A program made the translations under genes and the position numbers. Under the pieces are notes generated by a model. It saw nothing but the letters and a program-made list of their open reading frames with translations. It had not been told where the DNA came from and made no database searches. Shown piece after piece: positions 23,654-35,422 of a DNA stretch of 64,000 bases (position 1 is its first letter; every line of letters starts with the position of its first letter). This stretch comes from Craspedostauros australis (lineage: Eukaryota), in contig JALAGF010000504.1 of NCBI GenBank assembly GCA_030167865.1, positions 1-64,000 on the forward strand. Direction: 5' to 3'.

Positions 23654-24589
23654 ATGGGACGCAAGAAGAGACAATCGCAGAACAACACCCGCGACAGCGA
23701 GGCAGCCAAGCGGGCAAGGACCGAGACGGGGGAGTCCTTCCTGGTGAAGAAGTACCGACCTGACAAGCACTACACAGCCATGGACGCCTTCGTGAAGTAC
23801 ACCAAGTCGCACAGGATGCTGGACGCCACCTACGTGCGTTGGAAGCTGGGCGTGACGCCGGAGAAGCCCTTCGTGTTCTCCACACGGATAGGAGGAACGG
23901 ATCTGGGATGGGGGCGTGGCAAGACGAGAGAGGCATCCATGGACGCAGCATGCCGTGCTGCCTTTGCCCTCGTCAGCGCGCACGGCTACAACAACTTCCC
24001 GCTCGACGACGACTGCCTCATGCATCCGCCGCAGGACGCCCCGGCCCCTCCTCCACCACCGCCACCTCCGCCGCCAATGGCGTACCCGCATCACCACATG
24101 GGCATGGCACGCGGCCATCCTCCTCCTCTCCCTCCGGGTGTGCCGCCGCCAACTCCTGCCGGTGTTCCACCGTTGCCGACGGGAGCCCCGCCACCTCCGC
24201 CTCCGCTTCCGGCACAGGATCTCATCCCGCAGCCGAAATTGCCTCAGGTGCAGGCGCCGCAACCAACGGCACTTTCGGCCTCGTCCGCCACGGCAGCATC
24301 TGCGCGCACGGAAGCAGCTGGAAGTGCTGTCGCTGTTCCAACCGTGACACCGATCGAACGCGCCGCGCCCGTATCCCTCTCCTTCACAACGGGGTCGACC
24401 AATGCTGCATCATCGGCAGCTACCGACAAGCCAACCACCGTTTCTGGTCAGCAGAAGAAGCTGAAAAACGGAATGATCCTGGTGTACGACGCCGAAAAGG
24501 ATGCTGGAAATGAGCTCTCCATGGAGGAACGACGAGCAATGTTGCCACGATACATGAAGATGCTACGTCTTGCGAAGGCATCGGCGTAA
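23654..24589 (+). CDS. dsRBD-like domain + proline-rich linker + C-terminal GLEBS-like motif
   Basis: PFVFSTRIGGTDLGWGRGKTREASMDAACRAAF resembles the dsRBD beta-beta-alpha end. The tail LVYD..ELSMEERRAMLPRY resembles the ZNF207/BuGZ C-terminal motif. Confidence 0.8.
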   Translation: MGRKKRQSQNNTRDSEAAKRARTETGESFLVKKYRPDKHYTAMDAFVKYTKSHRMLDATYVRWKLGVTPEKPFVFSTRIGGTDLGWGRGKTREASMDAACRAAFALVSAHGYNNFPLDDDCLMHPPQDAPAPPPPPPPPPPMAYPHHHMGMARGHPPPLPPGVPPPTPAGVPPLPTGAPPPPPPLPAQDLIPQPKLPQVQAPQPTALSASSATAASARTEAAGSAVAVPTVTPIERAAPVSLSFTTGSTNAASSAATDKPTTVSGQQKKLKNGMILVYDAEKDAGNELSMEERRAMLPRYMKMLRLAKASA

Positions 24590-26153
24590 TGCACTCAGCA
24601 CCTGCAGTCGCATTTGCAACCGCAATTGCATGAACGGTTGCACGTCATAGTTCAGTACCGTAGAAACAGGGGTAGCACGCGAGAATGAGAAGATGTAGAA
24701 AAGGAAGAGAGGGGAATACGCACAAGAGAAATTCGGAAGATCGATTGGTCACACCATCGCAGACCCTATGTGAGTCAACGCAGAGCACGCTGCACGGACA
24801 AGCGGCTGAGGCACATAGTATTCAAGACAGGCACAGGGCAGATGAGAGCAAATCGATCCTGTTCAACACAAGACACGGCAGTATCATACAGCACATCATG
24901 TGACATCACAGCACGACGCAACACAAGCGCACCGAAGCAGCAGGTATGTACTCGTAAACCGATCTGATGCACGACAAGTGCGCTAATACAGTAATCTTGA
25001 ATGCTGAAGATATTCTCGCAACCCTGTACAACATCAAAAAGGCAAGGAACAGCAGCAGAAGCAACATCGCTTTCATGAGTTGTGCTTCTCCACGACCTGC
25101 AACACAAACAGCACTTGCCACGTCTCTCTCCTGCCTGCTCGCGCTCTCCCAATGCTTGCAATGTGAAGTGCACGAACCTTGTCCAGTTTCATGTCAGAGC
25201 TTTGCGGAGTTCGTTGCTTCGGATGAAAGAGCCACGCTTCACCCCACTCGCACCATACGCACGTATGTAAGTAACGGAATATGTCGTGGCATTGCGTTCG
25301 CAGTTTTCAATGTGCGCAACCTTGTGCGGCGCACCACCACGTATGACGACAACAATTGCATTGAGACTTCTGTTGGTATAGTCGTGGAGTCTCGCAAGAG
25401 ACGACGCCATGCGTGACAATACTCAGCAAAGTCAAAACGTGCCTTCCATCGCTCTCGGTTTTCAAGCAAAGGTACGATCTGTGTACCGCCTGGTATAGTT
25501 TTGCTTTCGAGAGGACGTCAGTATGCATGTATACTATCATGGTATAATTGTAACAGTAATCCTATGCCTTGTTCCAATTGCGAGCCCTCCACTCTGCGTT
25601 TTTGTGCAAAGTCGGCTTCAACCTTCAGCACCACCTTGCCTTGGAGGACATCGTTGGAGAAGATACGCGCTCAAGGAATGCTCAGAGTGTTCTGCTCTAC
25701 TCTTGAGTATTCGAGCGTGTCTCGCTCGTGAATGTTGTCGCTTTTCTTGCATGCCGACGGAGTAACTTGCTGCGACATGACCATCGACTGATCGACCGAC
25801 TTTTGGAGATGCTGTCAAACGCAATGACAGACACACAGTCACGAACTTGTGCTCTGTTTCCCCCCTGAATTTGGTCGATCTTTATTAATTTTCGATGGCT
25901 GATGCGCTCGATTGGGATGGCATGCCAATCTTTCTTTCCACAATCGATGATGATCGACGCTTCTGCAATTGCACAAAATGATACATAGTGCATACGTGTC
26001 CAAGTTCAACACGGAACATGAGCCCTGCGATCTTGTTCATCCATCAACTTCACATTCACATCCAGCCGGTTAGCCGGTCTGCAGGCTGAGCATCTCCAAA
26101 CATAGTCTGTCGACCACGACCCGCACCGCTCTGCCCACGGCATCAGCGCTCTT

Positions 26154-26699
26154 CTATTGATAGTACCTATGTCATTGGTGAATCATCATCAGCACGATGA
26201 TGGATGTCGGGTATGATGATGATGACGATGATGATACAGGTATTGGAATGGACGAAAGTACAATGCGAAATACGTAAGAAAGGAAAGACAAGGTGATGCA
26301 ATAGAATCGCATGGACAATCCCGCGTGTGTGTTGTTTGTGGTGTGAGAAGACAAGGGGGGTTATTATCGCGTCATGAACCATAATATCCAAGAGCGTCAT
26401 TATTTCATTTTCAGTTGCAGCAATCATCCCCAACATGCACACTTGCGCGAGTGCACGTATTCCGCTTGCATCGCACGAAAGAGCACTCACAGTTCCAAGC
26501 CCATGCCATCGTGGATCTCGTAATCGCCCAGCGTGATGTGATCCTTGTACACGGTGTACCATTTCTGGAGCTTCAGCTTCTCCGGTTGGGTCCCCAGCTG
26601 TGCTGCCGCCAGCTTCTTGAGGTCGCCGATGGTGTCGTCCTCGTTGCATTTCACCCGGACCTTCTTCCCCAGGCGATCATCCAGCACAACTTCCAACAT
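26154..26699 (-). CDS. UBL5: Ubiquitin-like protein 5 / Hub1
   Basis: complement join(26154..26166,26491..26699), 73 aa: [18 protein letters not shown]...GMGLELYYQ with the diagnostic di-Tyr end in a 13-nt terminal coding exon. Confidence 0.96.
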
Positions 26700-28041
26700 T
26701 GTATAATATAATACGTGTGAATCAATAATATGATTGGAATGTACTATGCTGGCGTCGAGCAGTCGTATGGCACGGATTGTCAGAGTATAGTTGGTTTGGA
26801 AGAATGGAGTACTCTGAAGTGTTGTGGTGCTGTTGCTTCGTCTTTCTTGATGGGAACGATTCCTCCGCAACAGCGACACACACAGGAAGAGAAGCGGAAA
26901 CGAGCGTGTTGTGGATTGTTCCACGGTCGCGAAATCTCGATCTCCTTGTTGTTGTTGTGGTTGGATGTGATTTGATCGATTGAATCCGAAGCCGATGTCG
27001 ACCGATCCGAATCACTGCGGATATAGGGTTACGCTAAAATCACTTTCAATTTTTCAAACTGAATATCACTTGGAATTATCGGTTCGCGTATTTCGGAACT
27101 ATTTGAAGTGATGGACGAACATGGTCGCTTTGTTCTGGAACAGTCGCGCGAACGAGACAGAACATTGGCTACATTTGGTCCAACGAGTCCATGTCAGTCC
27201 GGAAGATGAACGAAGACTTGGTCGTGTGGGTTTGCGGGGTTGATTGACACGAAGGCGGACTTTAACGCGACAGCGGCGCACGATTCCTCGCTCAGCGCTG
27301 ACCCGCGTTGTGGAAGGTGGAGGCAGACAGAGAGACAAAGACGCAGAGAGAAAGGCACCAAGAAGGACAGGAGGACACGCAGCGGCGACGAAACGAAACC
27401 CAAAAGACAAAGTCGACGGCGAGAAATTGGAGCGAGACAGAGAGGAACGGAGTGGCACCACTGCAAACAGAGAGCACTCACGAACACACCGACCGGACCA
27501 AGCAATCCGCATCCGCACTGCACAGTGTTGTGTACTGTCTTGTGTTGTGCGAGTCAGAGAGAACCAACACAGCAAAGCAAGAGGCAAGAGGCAACCCAAC
27601 TGACGGAACGACAACAATCTCTGGTGAAAACGAACCTCATTCCACAAATCATCACCGGAACAGAGCTTTCTCCACCTCTCTGGTTGTCACGGGACCATCT
27701 GGAACAGAACACAAGAGAGGCACCAGGCGATCCCATCACTGATTTCGCTACTCGTGCACATACGGAAACAAGAGGCGAGCAAGCAACAACACTCCATAGC
27801 AGTATCATCTGAAAAGCCTCAAGTTAGCAGAAGCACCATCCAAACGAAGGAGGGAGGGGGAGAGCGTCTCACTTCGCCCATCAAACCGTCAACCAAACCG
27901 TCAACGAGATCTCTGAAGAGCAGAGTTGACTTCAATTGACCCCACTTCACTTGAGTTCTCCGTTCCGACCGATACCAACATTCGTATTCGTCGTCGCAGA
28001 CAGATAGACAGCCAATCACAGTGTCAAACAGCCAGTCAACC

Positions 28042-29364
28042 ATGCCGAGAGCATCACGACGCCAATACGACCAAATCCCGTCGGTGGAGGGAGACGTCGC
28101 TGCGGATGGCGCTCCATCGCCATCGGTCCGCAATGATGGTTCACCGCAGCACGGAGAGCAAACTCCGCTGGAAACGTCTCCGCTCAACAGCGTGCGATCA
28201 CTTGCCTCCGACGACGACCTCAGCGGCAAGCCGTTAAATGCAGGTGGAGGCGACGATGGCGATGAAGATGGCGACGACGATGATTGCATCGAAGTCAACG
28301 AATCCACCGCCATCAACATTGTCATCTTGGATTCCGCTCAGAAAAAGTTCCCCCTGCGAATCAACCCAGAATGGGACATCCTCAAGCTCAAGCGCTTCGG
28401 CGAGAAGACGCACAAGGTGCCCCCGCCACAGCAGCGTCTCATCTACAGGGGCAAACTCTTGTCGGACACTTCCTTCCTCAAGGAGTGCGGCATCACCGAC
28501 GACAACACTATCATTCACCTCTTCCCCAAGCCAAGAGTCGTGGTGACTTCATCATCGACAGGCAATAGCGACGACGGCGGTTCCGTCTCGTCCGACGCCA
28601 ACGGGGCGCACATCCCCCAGATCGTCCTCGATGAACACGAGGCGGAGCGCAGAGGCCAGATCCTGGTCCTGGGCAGCCACGAGGTCATCGAGGCGCAGAA
28701 CAACGTCAAGCTTCTCTCGCTCCTCCTCATGGTCTTCTGCAGCATGCGTCTGCTCCAGCTCTTTGCCATCGCAATGGGCATTGCGGAAGAACCCAGCCAG
28801 AGCGCGAGCGGCGGTGGCCCCAACAGTGGCCAGAACCACACCACCCCGTCAAACAACGACGACATATACAACCCCTCCGATTCTCAGATCCAGCACAGGC
28901 CGTGGGAAAACAGCGACTACTTTGACCTCATGGTTTCTTCCGTCGGGTTTTACGTCGCGACGCTCGGGATGAAGGCGACCAACGAAAACACTTTGCGTTT
29001 GGCACAGTCATACTTCGTCGGAACCTTCGTCGCGGGCACCATGTGGAATGCCTGGAACGTCTACGAGTACATCCAGTTCGTCATGTTGGAAACGTCCAAG
29101 TCGGATGAATCCTCCGCCATGGACGAGGAGCTGACGAAGGACGATTTCATCACGGTCGCATTCTTCATGGTACTCTTGCCGCTGTTCATCTGGTTCCTGT
29201 GCTGCTTCCGGGCTTGGGAATTCAGGAACTTATTGCAGGAGGCAGAAGATGAAGCCGCCGAACGAATTCGATCGCAGCTGCAGCTGGAAGGGGAGAATGG
29301 TCCCAACGATGAAACATCCCACGAGATGACGCAGATCAATTCAGAAAGGGCGCCGATAGTGTAG
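28042..29364 (+). CDS. Ubiquitin-like-domain membrane protein (~4 TM)
   Basis: UBL fold INIVILD...QQRLIYRGKLLSD..LKECGI...IIHLF followed by four hydrophobic segments. Confidence 0.85.
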   Translation: MPRASRRQYDQIPSVEGDVAADGAPSPSVRNDGSPQHGEQTPLETSPLNSVRSLASDDDLSGKPLNAGGGDDGDEDGDDDDCIEVNESTAINIVILDSAQKKFPLRINPEWDILKLKRFGEKTHKVPPPQQRLIYRGKLLSDTSFLKECGITDDNTIIHLFPKPRVVVTSSSTGNSDDGGSVSSDANGAHIPQIVLDEHEAERRGQILVLGSHEVIEAQNNVKLLSLLLMVFCSMRLLQLFAIAMGIAEEPSQSASGGGPNSGQNHTTPSNNDDIYNPSDSQIQHRPWENSDYFDLMVSSVGFYVATLGMKATNENTLRLAQSYFVGTFVAGTMWNAWNVYEYIQFVMLETSKSDESSAMDEELTKDDFITVAFFMVLLPLFIWFLCCFRAWEFRNLLQEAEDEAAERIRSQLQLEGENGPNDETSHEMTQINSERAPIV

Positions 29365-29835
29365 CGAATCGCAACCTAGCGCAGCGCACGAATGTGGCAG
29401 CACAGGCATCTGTCCCTTAACAATAATGTAGTGTACAATACAATTGCGTAGAGTACTCTAATTTGCGATGAAGAGAGTATGGCAGCTTCATGCTCGCACT
29501 CTCACTCTCTCCAGAGAGAGAGCACATGGTGCGTCACGTTGGGTGTGCCATCAGACGTCGAGACGCCGCTGAGCTGGAGTGAATTACGAGCTATTCGGTT
29601 CTGCTGTGTTCCAAGCGCAATGTATTGGCATTGATTGAAGCTGGGAAGAGATGATGAATTGATGTGCACTTTTGCCAAACTCGCATGCCAATTCTACTCC
29701 AGACTCCCTGATTCCTTGCAAGGCGCAGGTGTCGTACATTTGAGCACAAGAGAACATACAAGAGTACATGATAGCACTCTACATAGAGTACTTTATCTCT
29801 CTCTCTCTAGAGAGAGATACAGATCAACACGCGCG

Positions 29836-32800
29836 TTATCGGATTCGTTTCAGCAACCTGCCCTGGTTTCGTTCCATCACTTCACCTCTCATGGCCATGA
29901 CGGACAGAACTCTGGCGATGATCACGGCGTTGTGCCCTTGCCCTGCAGATTCCTCCACCAGCCGTTGCTTGTTCACCAGACTCCCAACAGTCAAACGGCT
30001 TCGCAGAAAGCTCTGCGCACGGTCAATCTCCTCCTTGTTGGAGGACATGGCCGACAGCACGGAATTCTCTCCCGTATTGTTGTTCGTGGCGTTGGCGGCC
30101 ATGGTCGACACCCGGAACAGACGCAGGGCTTCGTTCACATCCTCGATACGCACCTCGGAGTCCAACCTCATCTTGGCCAGGCTCTCCGATATGCGCACCA
30201 GCGCCTCCAGCTGGCGCACCGTGATGGGGATGACAGATTGCTCCGATCCACCGTCTGCGCCATCAGATGATTGACCTGAGCGGTTGCGAACATCATCACG
30301 GATCTTGACGTACGAACTTGTCAGGACTTGTCCTGCTTCGACGGACAAACGGGGCTTGCACTTCGCCTTGCAATACTGAACGTACTTCTTCATGGTTGCC
30401 ACGTCAAGTTCACCAACGCCAGTCGTCGCCACTCGCATGGCGTTCTCCGCAACGGTATCTGCCAGGTTGGACTGGCTGTAGTGTCATGCATCGTGAGCGG
30501 AGGAGAATAGCGCATTCGTTTCGGATTGGATTCGATTGCAACCCACACCACAGTTAGACAGGCAGAAATGAAGAAGTCCAAGCGAAGCGAAGGGAGCATA
30601 GGGTCACAGGGAAGGAAAAGCAGCGAGTTGGTGAAGATGTGAGTGCACTCTCATCATGCATGTGGATGCAGTCGCAACCGTACGTGTAGATCCAAGCACC
30701 ATCACGATCGGACGCAATGGATATCAACAATTGAAATTGTGCTGATGATTCTTCGGTCCAATTTGTTTTTTGCAACGCTCATCGGACCATTCGAAACGAC
30801 GTACCTTCTTGCCTCACCACCACCGGTCTGATCCTGGCCTCCGAAGACGTCCGATAGGAAAGCGAGTCCGCTTTCGGATCCGTCATTGCCGGATGATGCG
30901 GCACCGACACCGCCGCCGATGCGCGAGTTGGAAATGTGGACGCCCATTACGTGCCGGCAGATCATCTTGTCGCGCTCCTCCTCGCGGACATCCCGGACCA
31001 AGAAGATGAGATCAAAACGCGAGAGGATCGTCGTCATGAGGTCGATATTCTCCGATGCGGACTTGAGATCGTCGTAGCGTCCGAAGACGGGATTCGCGGC
31101 GGCGAGGACGGAAGATCTGCTGTTCAGCACGGTGGTGATGCCCGCCTTGGCGATACTGATGGTCTGCTGCTCCATGGCCTCGTGAATTGCGACTCGATCG
31201 GCCGGCCTCATCTTGTCGAACTCGTCGATGCAAACTATTCCACCATCCGCGAGCACCATGGCGCCGCCTTCAAGGTAGAATTCTCCACGGGAATCCCGCA
31301 CGACGGAAGCCGTGAGACCGGCAGCGGAGGAACCTTTTCCGGAGGTGTAAATACCGATGGGCGCCACTCTGGACACGAACTTCAAGAATTGGGACTTGGC
31401 AGTCGACGGATCACCCAGCAGCAGCACGTTGATGTCACCTCGCAGCCGCACACCGTCATTGAGCTTCTTCCGCGTCCCACTGAGCATCATGCAGATCAAC
31501 GCACGTTTGATGTCGACTGTGTAGCTTCCCTGGATGGATGGCGCGACGCTCTTGCTGAGAATGCTGTAGACATCCTGCCGTTGCGCCAGCTTCGTGAAAG
31601 CTTCCTCTTCCTTCGGGGTGAAGGTGACGGATTCGCCATGATCGGTGTCCTTGACCATGCCCACCACGCGCAAGTAGATGGACTTGATGCCAGAATCCTT
31701 CTGCGACGCATTCTGAAAGAGCGTCGGCACGCAGAACACGGACACGCGAGTTCCTGGCGGTGCCCTGTCGACCAACGACCGTTCCACGGCGAGCAGCACG
31801 GATCGTGGCAGCTCGCCTGTGGGCACACATTCCGGCGCCTCCTGCAACTTAAGCGTCTGTCGATCCACGAACTGACTAGAGTCGGGGACGACATTGAAGG
31901 GGTTGGGACCGCAGTCGGATGTTGCGTTGCACTTTTTCGGCAGGAGGATGCTTCCGAACGGACCATCCATACTTGCGACCACCTGCGTGTCAGAGCAACG
32001 GACGCAACGAATCATCAATCGGGTTGCGCGGCATCGGACCGGCGATGCAGAAATGACGATCCCCGGGCAGCAAATGAGCTTGTTCATGTGCTCGCTGCGA
32101 ATCGATCTCAACGCGACCGAAGCGAGGTTGCCGACGAGCAGGATTTGAATTGGTATCCGCGTCACGGCATCTTCGTCCGACTTCGTGCCGTTGTCCGTCG
32201 CCCCGTCACCGTTGGGGTCCATCAGGTTTTCGTCGCCGTCGGCGTCAGGATTGTTGACGTTCTGGTTCATGCTGTCATCGTCGCTGCCATCCATGCCGTC
32301 TGCTGCCTTCTGCTGCTGCCGTTTCTGCTGATCCATGTCGTACAGCAATGTCCGCAGCGCTTCGCTGGCGGCGATCTCCAGCTCCGGTAGGATCGTCGCC
32401 GGTTGATCTCGCAGGGCACCCAACATGGCCGCATCGTATTCTCCCAAATGCGCCACGTCCACATCTAGCTTAGCTTTCTTCTGATTCGCCGCCATGTCAA
32501 ACTCTGGGTTGCCGTTGCTGCAAAGGCGTCTGTGTAACCTCAGCAACCGATCTCTGTATATGTATCGCTGGCGTCCCAGTCGGTAGTTTCCTGTTGTGTC
32601 CGCGTGGTGCATTTGTGTAATGAGGCGTAATGAGGCATAATGAGGCACGCGGATTATGGTAGATACCGTCAATATCGTCGGCATCATCAGTGTCGTCATC
32701 ATTCCCATTGCCATGTTTTGATCACGGTGATTTGAAATAAGCATGCGATGTGTGAGTTGTTGTGATCATTTTGCAACTTGATGGAAAGCAGGCCAATGCA

Positions 32801-33116
32801 AAAGAATGACGCCACAGATAGAGCAGCAATTGCAGGTCACACCGACGCCTCTCCTTGGTGCCATGTTGCGTCCACTTGCATATATTTCGCTTGTCGGCAG
32901 CACACACGATGACGAGGATGCAGCACAGCAGAACTTACGGAGGAACTCCCGAAAATGCCGCCGAACAGATGCCAAATCAAATTGCGCATCGTTGCCGTCA
33001 TCCTCCGCCTTGTTGCCGTTCTCGTTGTTGTCACCATCCTCGTCGTTTCCATTGCTCTCATTCTGGCGTTGCAGTTGCTGATGGGAGTAGTACAGTCTCG
33101 TTTCGTCGAACTCCAT
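29836..33116 (-). CDS. MCM5: DNA replication licensing factor MCM5
   Basis: complement join(29836..30475,30805..32590,32939..33116), 867 aa. GDPSTAKSQFLK, IDEFDKM, MEQQTISIAKAG, TILSRFD and IPITVRQLEA. Confidence 0.95.
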
Positions 33117-33797
33117 CGTTGCTTTACGTTTCCAATCTTGTTGTGCTGGAGTATTGATACAGTAGAGGGAGAGAGAGAGAGTACTCGTACTTCTACTCTG
33201 TGATGCTTGCGGGTTTGCTTGAGCTTGTTCTTTATTACGGTGGCTCGTATGGTATGTATTATACAATATAATATAATGCTACGCAATGGTGCGATGAGAA
33301 TTCAGAACGGCTGCCCTCGTGCTTTTCTTTGTGTTTGTGTCTTTATGGCATTGCTCTTCCTCTTCGCCGCTTTCTTTGCTGTTGGGAAGAGTGGTGGCGA
33401 TGACAACGACATCCAGTGTGTGTTGCGCTACGTGTGCCGTGCGCGCACATTCGAGTAATCTCGGAGATGGTGCGGCATTGTTGTTTCGCGATCGAAAATG
33501 GCGCGACATTGGGAGTTGCGGTAATTGTGTTATCTTGTGTTGGGTTTGGAACTCTCTGTATTCGTACCAGTCGAGTGGAAACATTGGACGAGTTTACCTC
33601 TTACTTGCAGCATTGAACATGACGTCTGACCCTCGTACGCGCCATCGAATTCGAAAAGAGGAGTGTTCGAGATGAACAAGAAGGACGCCATGGACAACCT
33701 CGCAGCGACGCTCCAAGTTTGCTTCTGAGTTCAGCAGCCCCCTCTCGGCCTGAATCAACAACGACGACGGCGGCAACAACGCAACGAAACAGCAACC
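33117..33797. promoter_or_regulatory. Putative bidirectional promoter MCM5 / RPL24
   Basis: 681 bp between divergent ATGs. Confidence 0.55.
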
Positions 33798-34748
33798 ATG
33801 GTGATCGCAAGTGAGTGCCATTGACGGCATGGAAATGAGAGCGATTTGAGAACGGGGTGGTCATGCGGAGGGCACTCTTCAGGGCGTTGGATTTTGATGG
33901 AATCTGCGATTGTCGTCGCCTGATTCAAGTTGGCGTCAGGGATGGAGTCAGCATCGCGGAGATGATCGATTGACACGGCGACTGGCGACGGATCCATGCA
34001 CACAGCGAACGAGCGAGGGGGCTAAGCACAACGAATCTGCGCAATCCCTTGCATCAAACTAACCAATTCTGGTGCTCTCGACTTTCCTGGATGATTCTGT
34101 TTTTCCCACCATGACGATGGCGGTGTTCTGCCCCAAATCGATACATTCTCTCTCTCTCTCTCATTGCCTCCGGTGTCTGGATTGGACTGCGCGAACGAAC
34201 GACCCTCTGGGTGAACTGGTGTTGACGAACATGAACCTTCACCCGCACCCGTTTCTGCTTCCTCCTGTTGGTGACCATCGTGACGACTCGTAGCTGAATT
34301 GTGTGCTCTCTCCGAGTACCGCATCTACCCAGGAAATGGCAAGCTCATGATCCGCCGCGATGGCAAGCCCCTCTGGTTGGGCTCATCCAAGGCCCACAGC
34401 CTCACCCTGCAGCGAAAAAAGGCTGCCAAGCTCGTATGGACCCAGGCATGGCGTCGCCTCCACAAGAAGGGTTTGACAGAGACTGCCGCAAAGAAGCGCA
34501 CACGCAGAGTCAACAAGGTCCAGAGAGCCGTTGTTGGTGCCACCCTTGAGGATATCCGCAAGAAGGCCACCGAGAAGAGCTCCGTCCGATCAGCACAGAG
34601 AGAGGCAGCCTTGAAGGAGGTCAAGGGCCGCAAGACTGCCGCCAAGGGCAAGAGCGGAGGACGCAAGGCCGCACCAAAGGGATCGACCTTCCAGAAGGTC
34701 CCCAAGCACATGGGCGGCAAGGGCAAGAGAGGCGGAACCCAACGTTAG
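33798..34748 (+). CDS. RPL24: 60S ribosomal protein L24 (eL24)
   Basis: join(33798..33810,34294..34748): MVIATELCALSEYRIYPGNG...WTQAWRRLHKKG...QRAVVGATLE. Confidence 0.95.
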
Positions 34749-35422
34749 ATTCTAGCATGACTGCTCAATAAACAAACACCCCACATCAACCACCCCAACA
34801 TGCCCGTGAACTTCACCAAGTAATAGACAGTTTCATCCTATTGTTGTACCGACGTGGACTTGCTGCGGGGTGCTCTGATATCCTCACGACGCGATGTGAT
34901 GTGATACATTCCGCATCCATCCACATGCCAGAAGCGCGCTGCGTGCCACACGAACGATTTATTTTACGACTAAGGATGCCTCCAAATGCCTGCTCAATGA
35001 ACTTGATGGACCACCACTTGAAAGAACTGTGCGCCATACGACAACATACGATACTATACATACATACTCAAATACGAGCACCTCTCAGTGTTGTTCAATA
35101 CGATTATACGTGATACTATGCTTATCTATGTTCCTGCATGGAGCAGAATATGGTAGGGTAGAGGAGAGGTTGAAGGAAGGAGCAACCTGGGTGATTGACT
35201 TGGGCCTTCCGCCAATGACTCAAAGACACTTGCCGTAGCTGTGTCGTCCAAGCATCGGAGGCAGACACAGATAGAGAGAGAGGAAGACAGCAAGGCTCGT
35301 CCCATCCCATCTCATCCAATCACACCCAAGATGATCTTGTTCAGCAGCAATTCTCAACTCTTTCTGTCTGCTAGTAGAGAGGCTCGTACGCTACGAGTAT
35401 GCAAGTGCGATTGCCATGCCGT

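Noticed and set aside
24820-25990. Minus-strand frame interrupted mostly by TGA stops (selenoprotein or pseudogene?)
   Set aside because: No recognisable protein family, no redox motif or SECIS seen. TGA-dominated stops are expected where TA is depleted.
32887-32905. U6 snRNA-like 5' sequence (gcttgtcggcagcaca)
   Set aside because: No ACAGAGA box or rest of U6; lies antisense within an MCM5 intron.
33484-33506. E2F-like sites upstream of MCM5 (tttcgcga, atggcgcg)
   Set aside because: Neither matches TTTSSCGC fully; too weak to call.
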